Source: an uncultured Candidatus Micrarchaeota archaeon
GTDB lineage: Archaea; Micrarchaeota; Micrarchaeia; Anstonellales; Bilamarchaeaceae
Length of the DNA: 64,000 nucleotides
Direction: 5' to 3'
Assembly (NCBI GenBank): GCA_963714085.1
Contig: OY970229.1
Location: forward strand, 384,001-448,000
Part shown: in pieces, positions 10,197-18,858 of the stretch
Position numbering within the stretch: position 1 is the stretch's first letter
Layout of the letters: the number at the start of each line of letters is the position of its first letter
Program-made: the position numbers and the translations under genes
The notes under the pieces: model-generated
Told to the model about the DNA's origin: nothing
Seen by the model: the letters and a program-made list of their open reading frames with translations, nothing else
Database searches by the model: none

Positions 10197-11033
10197 TCAC
10201 AGGCCGAAAACCGCGTACCAGAGCAGCAGGCCGGCCAGCATGCCGAGCACTATCGGAGGCAAAGCTGGCAGCACGAGCTTCTTGCGCCACACGAGGGTGA
10301 GGAATAACGCCATGGCTACGAACGAGCCGGCCATCACGAAGAGCGCGGCGACAGGCGAGAACTGGAGTATGGACACCTCCATCATCACCGGAGCGATGAG
10401 GTCCCCGGTGCCCAGGTCTATGCGCCTCACCTCGCCGGTCTCGGTCGCCGGCGCCCTCGCGGTCACTGTGAACGCCAGGTCCTTCGAGATTATGTAGTTC
10501 GCCATCTCCACCATGTGCTTGGTCAGGAAGACCGAGAGGAAATCGTAGATCGAGAGCAGCACGAGGAAGATCAGCACCGGGACTATGCCCATGGATATCC
10601 CGAATATCACGCCGACGCCGGCGGTCGCCATTATGGCGGCCGGGTTCTTGAGCTGGGGCAGGATGATCTTCGCGATCGCGAACGCTATGCCGGCCACGAT
10701 GGCGCCTATCGTGCTCGCCTCGTAGCCGAGCAGGACGCGGAACACCGCGTAGAACACAATGGAGGAGGCGGTGGCTATTATTATGAACTCCATGCCCCTG
10801 AAGAGGACCAGGCTCACCTTGAGCACGCGTATTATGAATATGATGAGCGCGGCGCCTATCAGCGTGTAGAGGATGAACACCACCGCGGTCATGGGGCTCT
10901 GGCTGTTCGTGGTGACCACCATGCTGGTGACGAACGGGTTGCTGTTCATGTCCCGCAGTATCGCGTAGCCCGTGAAGATGCCTATGACCTGCGCAAGCAG
11001 GAAGAACAGGAGGAGGGTGTATACGAGCTTCAT
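10197..11033 (-). CDS. Presenilin/signal-peptide-peptidase family intramembrane aspartyl protease
   Basis: Multiple TM segments with catalytic YD (SIYDF), LGTGD (GxGD) and PALP motifs. Confidence 0.9.
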   Translation of the reverse strand: MKLVYTLLLFFLLAQVIGIFTGYAILRDMNSNPFVTSMVVTTNSQSPMTAVVFILYTLIGAALIIFIIRVLKVSLVLFRGMEFIIIATASSIVFYAVFRVLLGYEASTIGAIVAGIAFAIAKIILPQLKNPAAIMATAGVGVIFGISMGIVPVLIFLVLLSIYDFLSVFLTKHMVEMANYIISKDLAFTVTARAPATETGEVRRIDLGTGDLIAPVMMEVSILQFSPVAALFVMAGSFVAMALFLTLVWRKKLVLPALPPIVLGMLAGLLLWYAVFGL

Positions 11034-11035
11034 GC

Positions 11036-13087
11036 CTATCCCCCTACTATCTTCACCTGGCCGTGCTCCTTGAGGTACAATTCGTTCCTCTTGTTGAGCA
11101 GGTCGTCGATTATGCGGCGTGCCGTGTTCGCGTCGATGTCGTAGGAGGCGGCGTCGGATATCACTTCCTCTATGTTCGCGCTGTCCTTGGTCTTCAGATG
11201 TTCCCTGATGATCTCCATTATCGTGTCCACCTTCTGCAGCTTGTCCCTCTCGGATTTCGGCTTGCCCGTGGCGATCGTGTCCACGTCCAGCGTGCCGGTC
11301 GCCTTGTCGGTCATCACCTGCTGCATCACGTAGCGGAGCAGGTGGACGGCCACGTCGGCGTCCTTCTCCTCGACCACGTTGCAGAGGCGCATCTTGGCGC
11401 TGGCCTCGGCGAGGCGCACCAGCCCCTCCAGGTACCTCGGGGTTATCGCCACCGAGCCGGAGTCCTGACCCCTCCTCCTGAGGTCCACGTAGAAGTATTT
11501 AATCTTTTCCGATGCCGGGCCCATGAGCTTGGGCCGGATGTTCCTGCGCGCGTAGGCTATGTATTTCCTCAGTATGTCCTTGTCCACCAGCTGCGCGTTC
11601 TTGTTGTAGTCCGTCTCGTCGCCCATGTGCGTGGCGAGTATGTGCTGGGCGAGCTTGGAGTCCTTCTCCTCGTCGAGCACGTCCAGGATGGGGAATATGA
11701 GGTCGAAACGCGAGAGCAGCGTCGGGGCGATGTTGAACTGGTCCGCCAGGTTCTTGTTCTGGTTGAAGCGGCCCCATTTCGGGTTCGCAGCCGCGAGTAT
11801 GGACGTCTTGGTCCTGAACTTGGCCACCATCCCCGCCTTGGCTATGGATATCTGGGCGCTCTCCATGGCCTCGTGCAGCGCGGCCCTGTCCTCGTCCTCT
11901 ATCTTGTCGAACTCGTCTATCATTGCCATCCCGCCGGAGGCGAGCACGAGCGCGCCGGCCTTGAGCGTCCATCCTCCGTCGCCGAGCTCGTCCTTTTCTG
12001 CACTGACCGTAAGTCCGACGCCCGAGACGGTCTTGCCGCTGACGTAGATGGATTTGGGCGCGAGGTCCGCGGAATTCTGCAGGAACCTGGACTTGGCCAG
12101 TCCCGGGTCGCCGATGAGCAGCACGTGGATGTCATCACGTATGGTGGCGCCGCCCTTCATGGTCTTGCCCTTGGTGCCGCCGAAGAGCTGGAGCGCGATG
12201 GCCCATTTGACCTCCTCGTGGCCGTATATGCCCGGAGCCACGGAGTCGATGAGTATGCGGTCTATGTTCGGGTCCGCGGCGAGCTCGAGTATGCGTTTCT
12301 CGTCCTCCTTGGAGATGTCTATCTCCTCGAAATCCCTCTTGAGGCTCTTGACGTTGTTGACCTCCAGATAGCGGCTGTACACCAGCTCCTGCTTCTGCCT
12401 GAATTTCATGGGCTGCTTCAGCCGCAGTATGCCGGCGAGCTCGATGTTCTCTCCAGGAGTGACGACGTTCACCAGGTCGTCCTCCAGCAGCAGCTCGATT
12501 TTCGCCGTTGGAGCGCCTCCTTTTACCCGCTCGAGCAGCTCCTGCACCTCGGCACGCTGTATGTCCACGAAATCCGACTCGTCGTCCATCTGCTTCAGCG
12601 CGAGTTTCTTGCAGGAGTCGCACCTCTTGGGCGGAGTGAAGTTCTTAACCACCGGATAGCGGCTTGTGGAGTCGCATATCTGGCAGCGGTAGACCGCGAT
12701 CTTCACCCTGTGCATGACCTCGGCCCGCTTGGTGACCACGGCCTTGAACGCGACCAGCTCGTTGAGGTTCTTGGAGCTCAGCTGCTCGATGAGCAGTTCC
12801 TGAGCAGGTACGTTCACGAACCGGACATGCGGCTCGAATTCCACTCCAGCTGGCAGCGTCCGCTTCATCTCTTTTATTGCGGTCTCCGCGGCCTCGATGA
12901 CATTGTCCGGCTCGGTCACTAACCGGTCGGCGACATCCGGGTCGGACTTCTCCAGCTCCTCGTAATCCACGATGAGGCTGCGCTTGGAGGGGTAAACGCC
13001 GAGCAGGTTGTCTATTTGCGATTTATAAGTGACTGTGAAGAAATCGTTGAAGATTGCTATCATAGGGGTGAGGTCAGGTTTTTCCAT
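11036..13087 (-). CDS. mcm: Replicative helicase MCM
   Basis: Zn finger CQIC...CDSC, Walker A GDPGLAKS, IDEFDK, LHEAME, SRFDL. Length leaves no room for an intein. Confidence 0.97.
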   Translation of the reverse strand: MEKPDLTPMIAIFNDFFTVTYKSQIDNLLGVYPSKRSLIVDYEELEKSDPDVADRLVTEPDNVIEAAETAIKEMKRTLPAGVEFEPHVRFVNVPAQELLIEQLSSKNLNELVAFKAVVTKRAEVMHRVKIAVYRCQICDSTSRYPVVKNFTPPKRCDSCKKLALKQMDDESDFVDIQRAEVQELLERVKGGAPTAKIELLLEDDLVNVVTPGENIELAGILRLKQPMKFRQKQELVYSRYLEVNNVKSLKRDFEEIDISKEDEKRILELAADPNIDRILIDSVAPGIYGHEEVKWAIALQLFGGTKGKTMKGGATIRDDIHVLLIGDPGLAKSRFLQNSADLAPKSIYVSGKTVSGVGLTVSAEKDELGDGGWTLKAGALVLASGGMAMIDEFDKIEDEDRAALHEAMESAQISIAKAGMVAKFRTKTSILAAANPKWGRFNQNKNLADQFNIAPTLLSRFDLIFPILDVLDEEKDSKLAQHILATHMGDETDYNKNAQLVDKDILRKYIAYARRNIRPKLMGPASEKIKYFYVDLRRRGQDSGSVAITPRYLEGLVRLAEASAKMRLCNVVEEKDADVAVHLLRYVMQQVMTDKATGTLDVDTIATGKPKSERDKLQKVDTIMEIIREHLKTKDSANIEEVISDAASYDIDANTARRIIDDLLNKRNELYLKEHGQVKIVGG

Positions 13088-13168
13088 AATACCACTATAA
13101 TTAGAGTGGAATACCTCTTTAGGTAAAAGTGTTTAATAAGCCTAACTGTTTAAGGAATTTGTGATGAC

Positions 13169-14374
13169 ATGTCCAAGGCCATAATCCTTATCATGGATGG
13201 AGTCGGGGACCTCCCCACGCCGAAGACGCCGTTGCAGGCCGCGAAGAAGCCGAATCTGGACAAACTCGCGGAGGACGGCATAACCGGCCTGCTCAGCCCG
13301 GTCGGCCGCGGGGTGGTGCCTGGCAGCGACACGTCTCACCTGGCGATATTCGGCTACGAGCCGAAGGTCTGCTATCCAGGAAGGGGGCCGCTCGAGGCCC
13401 TCGGACTCGGCATGGCGCTCAAGGAAGGCGACGTGGCGTTCAGGGCCAATTTCGCGACTGTCAAGGATGGGATTGTCACGGACAGGAGAGCGGGCCGCAT
13501 AGACACCGTGAGCGCTACGGCGATATCCGGCCTCGTGTCCATGAAGATAGAGGATGTCGATGTCGTATTCAAGAATTCCGTTGAGCACCGCGGGGCGCTC
13601 GTGCTGCGCGGCCCGGGCTTGAGCCACGCCGTTAGCGAGACCGATCCGCATGCCGAAGCCGCATTGCACCAATGCCAGCCCCTGGAGGCGGGGCCTGCGG
13701 CTGAGAAGACCGCAAGGATAGTGAATAAGTTCACCCAGGACGTGCAGAAGCGCCTTTCCGGTGCTTCTGAGAACAAAACGAGGGAGAAGAAAGGGCTCCC
13801 GCAGGCGAACGTCGTTCTGCTGCGCGGTGCCGGTTCTTTCAGCAGCGTGCCGTCTTTCGAGGAGCGGTTCGGCCTGCGCGCGGCATGCATCGCCGGAGGC
13901 GCGCTTTACCGCGGGGTCGCCAGGTTCATAGGCATGGATATCTTCATGGTCCCCGGAGCCACGGGCGACAAGAACACGAACCTCTTCGCGAAGGGCAAGG
14001 CGGCGCTGAAGGCGCTGGAGACCCATGATCTCGTTTTCGTGCACGTGAAGGCGTGCGACTCGTTCGGCCATGACGGCGATTTCAAGGGGAAGACCAGGAT
14101 GATAGAGAGGATAGACAAGGAATTGATGCCTCTGCTGCTCAAATCCGGCGCCTGCCTCGTGGCGACCGGAGACCACTCCACGCCCTGCTGCAGGAAGGAG
14201 CACTCCGGCCATGAAGTGCCCATCCTCATGTACGGACCCGAGGAGCGCTCGGACGATGTCGAGAGTTTCGACGAGGTCTCCTGCATGGAGGGCGGCATCG
14301 GCCACATCACGGGAAAGCACGTGATGCCCATGGTGCTCAACCTAATGGGGAAGGGGAAGAAGTACGGGAGCTAG
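13169..14374 (+). CDS. apgM: 2,3-bisphosphoglycerate-independent phosphoglycerate mutase (archaeal)
   Basis: DGVGDLP, TPLQAAKKPNLD, PGSDTSHL, GRGPLEALG, TGDHSTP. Confidence 0.95.
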   Translation: MSKAIILIMDGVGDLPTPKTPLQAAKKPNLDKLAEDGITGLLSPVGRGVVPGSDTSHLAIFGYEPKVCYPGRGPLEALGLGMALKEGDVAFRANFATVKDGIVTDRRAGRIDTVSATAISGLVSMKIEDVDVVFKNSVEHRGALVLRGPGLSHAVSETDPHAEAALHQCQPLEAGPAAEKTARIVNKFTQDVQKRLSGASENKTREKKGLPQANVVLLRGAGSFSSVPSFEERFGLRAACIAGGALYRGVARFIGMDIFMVPGATGDKNTNLFAKGKAALKALETHDLVFVHVKACDSFGHDGDFKGKTRMIERIDKELMPLLLKSGACLVATGDHSTPCCRKEHSGHEVPILMYGPEERSDDVESFDEVSCMEGGIGHITGKHVMPMVLNLMGKGKKYGS

Positions 14375-14490
14375 GTCGGCGGCGGACAGGGGCCGTCCTC
14401 GTCCCCGAGCTTGAACAGGTCCTCGATGTCCAGCTCGTCATCCTCGTCCAGCATCGGGACGCTCTTTTCCTGATTCTGTTTTAGTTTCAT
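14371..14490 (-). CDS. Putative 39-aa acidic small protein
   Basis: MKLKQNQEKSVPMLDEDDELDIEDLFKLGDEDGPCPPPT*; GGTGA RBS at 14496-14500 and a TTTAAA TATA-like box upstream. Confidence 0.55.
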   Translation of the reverse strand: MKLKQNQEKSVPMLDEDDELDIEDLFKLGDEDGPCPPPT

Positions 14491-14596
14491 GTATATCACC
14501 GATTAACATAACGAATCACAGATTTAAAAAGCGGTGTAACAAAAAGCAGGAGCTAGGGGATAAGAAGGGAAGAAAAGAGAGGATAAAAAAAGGGAT

Positions 14597-15163
14597 TCAG
14601 CCGAGCACGGTTCCGGTGAGCGTCGCGTCCGCGGGCCTCGGGACCGTGGTGACGTCGTTCACGTAGTTGTAGTATATCACCAGCACGCCCTGGAACGCGC
14701 TGTTCGGGGTCAGGCTTATCGGGTTCCCGTTCACGTCCACGCAGGTCGAGGACATCTTCTCGCTCGAGCCCGCGGCGACCAGCTGCTGCGCGGGCGGCAC
14801 TTGTGTGGCGAACGTGTAGTTCGCATCCGCGAACGCGGCCGTGGTGCAGAGCACCTTGGACACGTTCACCGCCTGGCCCTTGCCGTTCTGGAGGTTGAAC
14901 TCGGCGACAACCTGGTTCGTGGAGGTGTTCATGATTATGGCCGGGTTCGTGGAGCAGGTGAAACCAGGCTGTGAGAACTCGCAGACCTCCGGGACCGCGG
15001 TGAACCTCGGCAGGAAGTACGCCAGCAGCGCGAGCACGATGACTATGACCAGGATCGCCCAGCCGTAGGTCATCAGGTACTCCATGGCCGCCTGGCCCTT
15101 CGAGCGCGACCCGGGCCGCGCGACGCCTTTCCTTCCATCTTTGTTTTTGCTTTTATAGACCAT
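14597..15163 (-). CDS. Archaeal type IV pilin (class III signal peptide)
   Basis: KGQAAMEYLMTYGWAILVIVIVLALL; GAGGTG RBS before ATG 15163. Only the 3' part of the 549-aa track ORF is credible. Confidence 0.9.
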   Translation of the reverse strand: MVYKSKNKDGRKGVARPGSRSKGQAAMEYLMTYGWAILVIVIVLALLAYFLPRFTAVPEVCEFSQPGFTCSTNPAIIMNTSTNQVVAEFNLQNGKGQAVNVSKVLCTTAAFADANYTFATQVPPAQQLVAAGSSEKMSSTCVDVNGNPISLTPNSAFQGVLVIYYNYVNDVTTVPRPADATLTGTVLG

Positions 15164-15174
15164 TCGGTAACACC

Positions 15175-16242
15175 TCAGATAAGAGTCGAGAAGAACACGT
15201 TGAGCGTGGCGCTCACGAACCAGTACACCAGCAGCGAGCCCGCCAGCAGGAACGGGAAGTACTTGAGCCCCTGGCTCCGGGTGCCCGTCCTTATGGCGCT
15301 CACTATGAGCGATGAGGTCGCGGCAGTGACTATCATGGTCGGTATGGCGAAATAGAAGAACTGCGTGGATGATATCATGGGGCCGGAGAAGCTGAACGAG
15401 CTCAGGGCCCCGAACGCGCCCCCTGCGGCCTGGCCCGTCGGCATCTGCGGCGCGATCTTCTCGAAGACCTGCACCAGCTTCTCGGACACCGCGAAGAGGA
15501 ACGGGGTGCCGACCATGGACGCGAATATCACGAATATCTCGTAGAGTATGAGGGAGGCGGCGATCTCCTTCCTCATTATGGAGGTGTTGCGCACGTCCTC
15601 GGCGGTCCGCTCCAGGACCTCGGTGAGCTCGCCGCCGCTCGCGGACGCCTGCTTCATGAGCGAAGTGGTCCGCGTGAACACCTTGCTGTCGAACCTGGAC
15701 GCGAGGGTGTCCAGCGCGTTCTCCATGGACTGGCCGGAGAACGAGCTCTTGACCACGGCCTTGACCTCGGTCGAGAGCAGACCGAACTCGGGCTTGGCCG
15801 AGTACCACATCGCCTGGTCCAGCGTCATGCCGGCCTTGATGTTGGAGGACACGAGCGTGAGGAAGTCGGGCAATGCGGCCTCCAGCGCGTTCCTCCTGGC
15901 GTCCGCCTGCATGATGAGGTAGGTGGAGAGCAGCATGGTCACGGTGATGTACACCAGCACCAGCATGATTATGAGCACCAGGAGCCCGGTGAGGACCGCG
16001 GGCACCTTGGTTCCCAGCAGCCCGTTCACCGCTGACACCATGAAGGTGGCGGTGGGCGGATAGACCATGAGGACGACCGATAATATGACCGAGATGATGA
16101 TGACGTTCATGGCGAGGTAGCCGGCGAACGCGTCCGGCTGCACGGTCAGGCCGGCGGCAGCGGTGTCGGTCTCGAAGCGCTTGACCTGGCTCCTCGTGAA
16201 AAGCAGGCGCCCGAAGAATTCGAAGGATGTGTCTTGTGCCAT
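15175..16242 (-). CDS. Type II secretion system F / TadC-like pilus membrane platform protein
   Basis: LEAALPDFLTLVSSNIKAGMT, FGLLSTEV, SGGELTEVLE; several TM helices. Confidence 0.9.
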   Translation of the reverse strand: MAQDTSFEFFGRLLFTRSQVKRFETDTAAAGLTVQPDAFAGYLAMNVIIISVILSVVLMVYPPTATFMVSAVNGLLGTKVPAVLTGLLVLIIMLVLVYITVTMLLSTYLIMQADARRNALEAALPDFLTLVSSNIKAGMTLDQAMWYSAKPEFGLLSTEVKAVVKSSFSGQSMENALDTLASRFDSKVFTRTTSLMKQASASGGELTEVLERTAEDVRNTSIMRKEIAASLILYEIFVIFASMVGTPFLFAVSEKLVQVFEKIAPQMPTGQAAGGAFGALSSFSFSGPMISSTQFFYFAIPTMIVTAATSSLIVSAIRTGTRSQGLKYFPFLLAGSLLVYWFVSATLNVFFSTLI

Positions 16243-16253
16243 TCATGACCGCC

Positions 16254-17123
16254 TCATATGATGTATTTGGGCCTGCTGGTCTCTATGAGGCCAAGGAACA
16301 GGAACTGTATGATCGCTATCACTATGAACACCGGCGCCAGTATGGAGGACGTCATGCCGAGCGTGCCTCCTGAGATCGCCGAGAAGACCACGGTGGCGAG
16401 CACCACTCCCAATGAGGGCACGATGATGCCGAATACCATGAAGAACATGACTATGGGGGTGAGCTTCTGGCTGTACTCCTTGAGGGAGATCACCTGCTCC
16501 TTGGATATCTGGTCAAGGACCACCTCGACCGAGCTGCCGACATCCGCGCCCGAGGAGATGGAGTTCGAGAGCTGCATGAGCATGCGAACGAAGTATCTCG
16601 AGGGGTTCTGCTGCGCCTCGTCCCGTATGGCCTGGACGAGCGGGACCCCCAATGTCACGCGGTCCGCTATCCTGCTGAACTCCCTGCTCACCGCCCCGTA
16701 CCCGGAGGTCGCGCCCACTATGGCGTCGAAGAGCGGCATGCCGGATTTCACCGCGATGACGATCTGCCTGCCCGCGAACACGACCTCGTAATCCAGCTCC
16801 TTGGCCCGCTTCAGCACCATGGCGTCCGGATACAGCATGAAGTAGTAGAACAGGACCAGGAAATACACCACCGCCAGGGGCACGAGCCAGAGCAGCGACA
16901 CCGGCGGGTTCTGCGAGAGGAATATCACCCCGGTGAGCAGCAGGAAAGCGACCGCCAGGTAGATGGAAGAGAGCGAGGCCTTCTCCAGGAATTCGATGGG
17001 CGTCTGGCTCATGTTGGCTAGCGCGAGCTTCTTCTTGAGGTCTGGGAAGTAGGGCGAGAACATCTCGGCTATCGCCATCTGGACGCTCCTCTGCCGGGCC
17101 GACGTTTTATCTTCTGCCGCCAT
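16254..17123 (-). CDS. Type II secretion system F / TadB-C-like membrane protein
   Basis: SGMPLFDAI, YGAVSREF, NPSRYFVRML, SGADV; TM helices; lies in the pilus operon. Confidence 0.88.
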   Translation of the reverse strand: MAAEDKTSARQRSVQMAIAEMFSPYFPDLKKKLALANMSQTPIEFLEKASLSSIYLAVAFLLLTGVIFLSQNPPVSLLWLVPLAVVYFLVLFYYFMLYPDAMVLKRAKELDYEVVFAGRQIVIAVKSGMPLFDAIVGATSGYGAVSREFSRIADRVTLGVPLVQAIRDEAQQNPSRYFVRMLMQLSNSISSGADVGSSVEVVLDQISKEQVISLKEYSQKLTPIVMFFMVFGIIVPSLGVVLATVVFSAISGGTLGMTSSILAPVFIVIAIIQFLFLGLIETSRPKYII

Positions 17124-17125
17124 GG

Positions 17126-18841
17126 CTAGCCCTCTGTTTCGCTGAAGTACTTTCTCACCATATCATCACTTAAACCTTTCTCACGCGCCGTGATCTCCTT
17201 TGCCCTGAATATGGCCTCCTGGCGCGAGACGTGCTTGCGCTCGTACCTCTTGTAGAACTCCGGGTCCTTGCCGTGCAGCATGTAGAGCAGCGTGCCGTCG
17301 TCCATCTCGTTTATCTCCGCCACCAGGTCCTGCACCTTGGCCTCCTTGGCCGGGACGCCCTCCTTGCCGAAGGCCACCCGGCTGGACGTCTCTATCGTGG
17401 CGTCTATCTGCTTCTTCATTATCGCGCGCACGGCCGAGAACTCCTTCGCGTAATCGTCGTCTATCGCCTTGAGGCGGGCGTCCGAATCCTTCACGAGCTG
17501 CTCGTCGCCAGGGCCGAGCGAGGACTTGAGCTGCCTTATCTCGCTCTCGTGCTTCTGGGTGACGTAATCCTGGTACTTGGAGACCGCGCCCGGGAGCTGC
17601 TCCAGGAGCGACGTGAGCTGGAACGTGAGCTTGTCGAACTCCGCCTTCCTGCCTGACTGGTCCTCTTCTGGTAGCGAGCCGACCGCGTCCTGGAACTTCT
17701 GGCGCATGGTGTCCATCTGGGCCTTGTAGCTGCTCAGTATCTTGTCCTTGGCGTCTGCGAGCTCGGTCTTCTGCGTGGAGACCAGCGTCTCCAGCACCCT
17801 GCCCCTGACCTCCTTCTCCGCCATGCCCTTGCCGACCGGCTTTGCCTTCCTCGCGAGCATGTCCTTGAGCACGGTTATCTCGAGCTTTATCTGCTCCCTC
17901 CGGTTCAGGCTCTTCTCCTTGAACAGCTCCTTCGTGAGCGAGAGCATCCTCTTCTTGAGCGAGGCCTCGTCCACCTCCTGGCCGAGCGACGCGGTTATCT
18001 GCTGCTCTATGTCCAGGTACTTCCTGCTAGCGGCCTGTTCCGCCCTCTCGCGGAGCATGGGCGGCACCGGCGCAACGGGCCGCTCCGGCGCTGCCAAGGG
18101 CCTGGCAACGGGCCTCGGCGCGGGCCTTTCCTGGACCTCCTTCGGGAGTTCCTTCTCTTCGGGCAGCTCCCTCACTTGAGGGATCTTCTCTCGGGGGAGT
18201 TCCTTCTCTTCAGGAACCCGGGGCAGTTCTTCCGGCAGTTCCTTCTCCTCCGGCGATTCGGGCGGCTTGGCCTCCGGCGGCTTCTCGATCTCCAGCTCCT
18301 TCTCCGCCGGCTGCTCCTTGTTCCCGCCGAGCAGCTCCAGCTCTATCTCCGCCGGCCTCTCCGCAGGCTTCTCCTCCTTCTGCGGCATGAGGTCGCGCTC
18401 CAGTTCCAGTGGCGGGCTCACCAGCCGCTCGAACTCGATCTCCTCGGAAGGCGGCTTCGCCTCAGGCTTCCCTGCGGCTATGGGGGTCTCCATCTCCCTG
18501 CCCATCTTCTCCGCGCCGCTGAGCGCCTCGGTCGTGAGCGCCTTCACCTTGCTCTCCACTTCCTCGGTCTTCGCCTTCATCTCCTTCTTGGCCGCCGGCG
18601 TCGGCGCGGCCTTCGCCCCTGCGGGCGCGCCGTACATGCCCATGCCGGCTGATGTCTTGATTATCTTGTCCGCGCGCTCGCAGAGGTTTATCAAATCAGC
18701 GTACGTATAGTCCGCGAAGTCCGCGGGCTCCAGGTCCAGCACCTTCTCGAACTCCACCTTGCCCTTGAACGCCGTGTAGGGCTGCGCGGATTTCTCTATG
18801 TTCCTCGCCTGTTCCGCAGCGGAGTAGAAGTCGTCTGGCAT
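17126..18841 (-). CDS. Hypothetical protein with Pro/Glu-rich linker and helical C-terminus, in the pilus operon
   Basis: 571-aa ORF tightly packed between the ATPase and TadB-like genes; EEKELP repeats. Confidence 0.8.
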   Translation of the reverse strand: MPDDFYSAAEQARNIEKSAQPYTAFKGKVEFEKVLDLEPADFADYTYADLINLCERADKIIKTSAGMGMYGAPAGAKAAPTPAAKKEMKAKTEEVESKVKALTTEALSGAEKMGREMETPIAAGKPEAKPPSEEIEFERLVSPPLELERDLMPQKEEKPAERPAEIELELLGGNKEQPAEKELEIEKPPEAKPPESPEEKELPEELPRVPEEKELPREKIPQVRELPEEKELPKEVQERPAPRPVARPLAAPERPVAPVPPMLRERAEQAASRKYLDIEQQITASLGQEVDEASLKKRMLSLTKELFKEKSLNRREQIKLEITVLKDMLARKAKPVGKGMAEKEVRGRVLETLVSTQKTELADAKDKILSSYKAQMDTMRQKFQDAVGSLPEEDQSGRKAEFDKLTFQLTSLLEQLPGAVSKYQDYVTQKHESEIRQLKSSLGPGDEQLVKDSDARLKAIDDDYAKEFSAVRAIMKKQIDATIETSSRVAFGKEGVPAKEAKVQDLVAEINEMDDGTLLYMLHGKDPEFYKRYERKHVSRQEAIFRAKEITAREKGLSDDMVRKYFSETEG

Positions 18842-18858
18842 GTGGAATCACTTTTGGG

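Noticed and set aside
10197..11033. GxGD protease acting as the prepilin peptidase for nearby pilins
   Set aside because: The YD/GxGD/PALP arrangement is presenilin/SPP-type, not PibD/FlaK-type.
14597..16246. 549-aa ORF suggesting a pilin fused to a long N-terminal domain
   Set aside because: The upstream part is an off-frame shadow of the TadC-like gene; the pilin has its own RBS and ATG at 15163.
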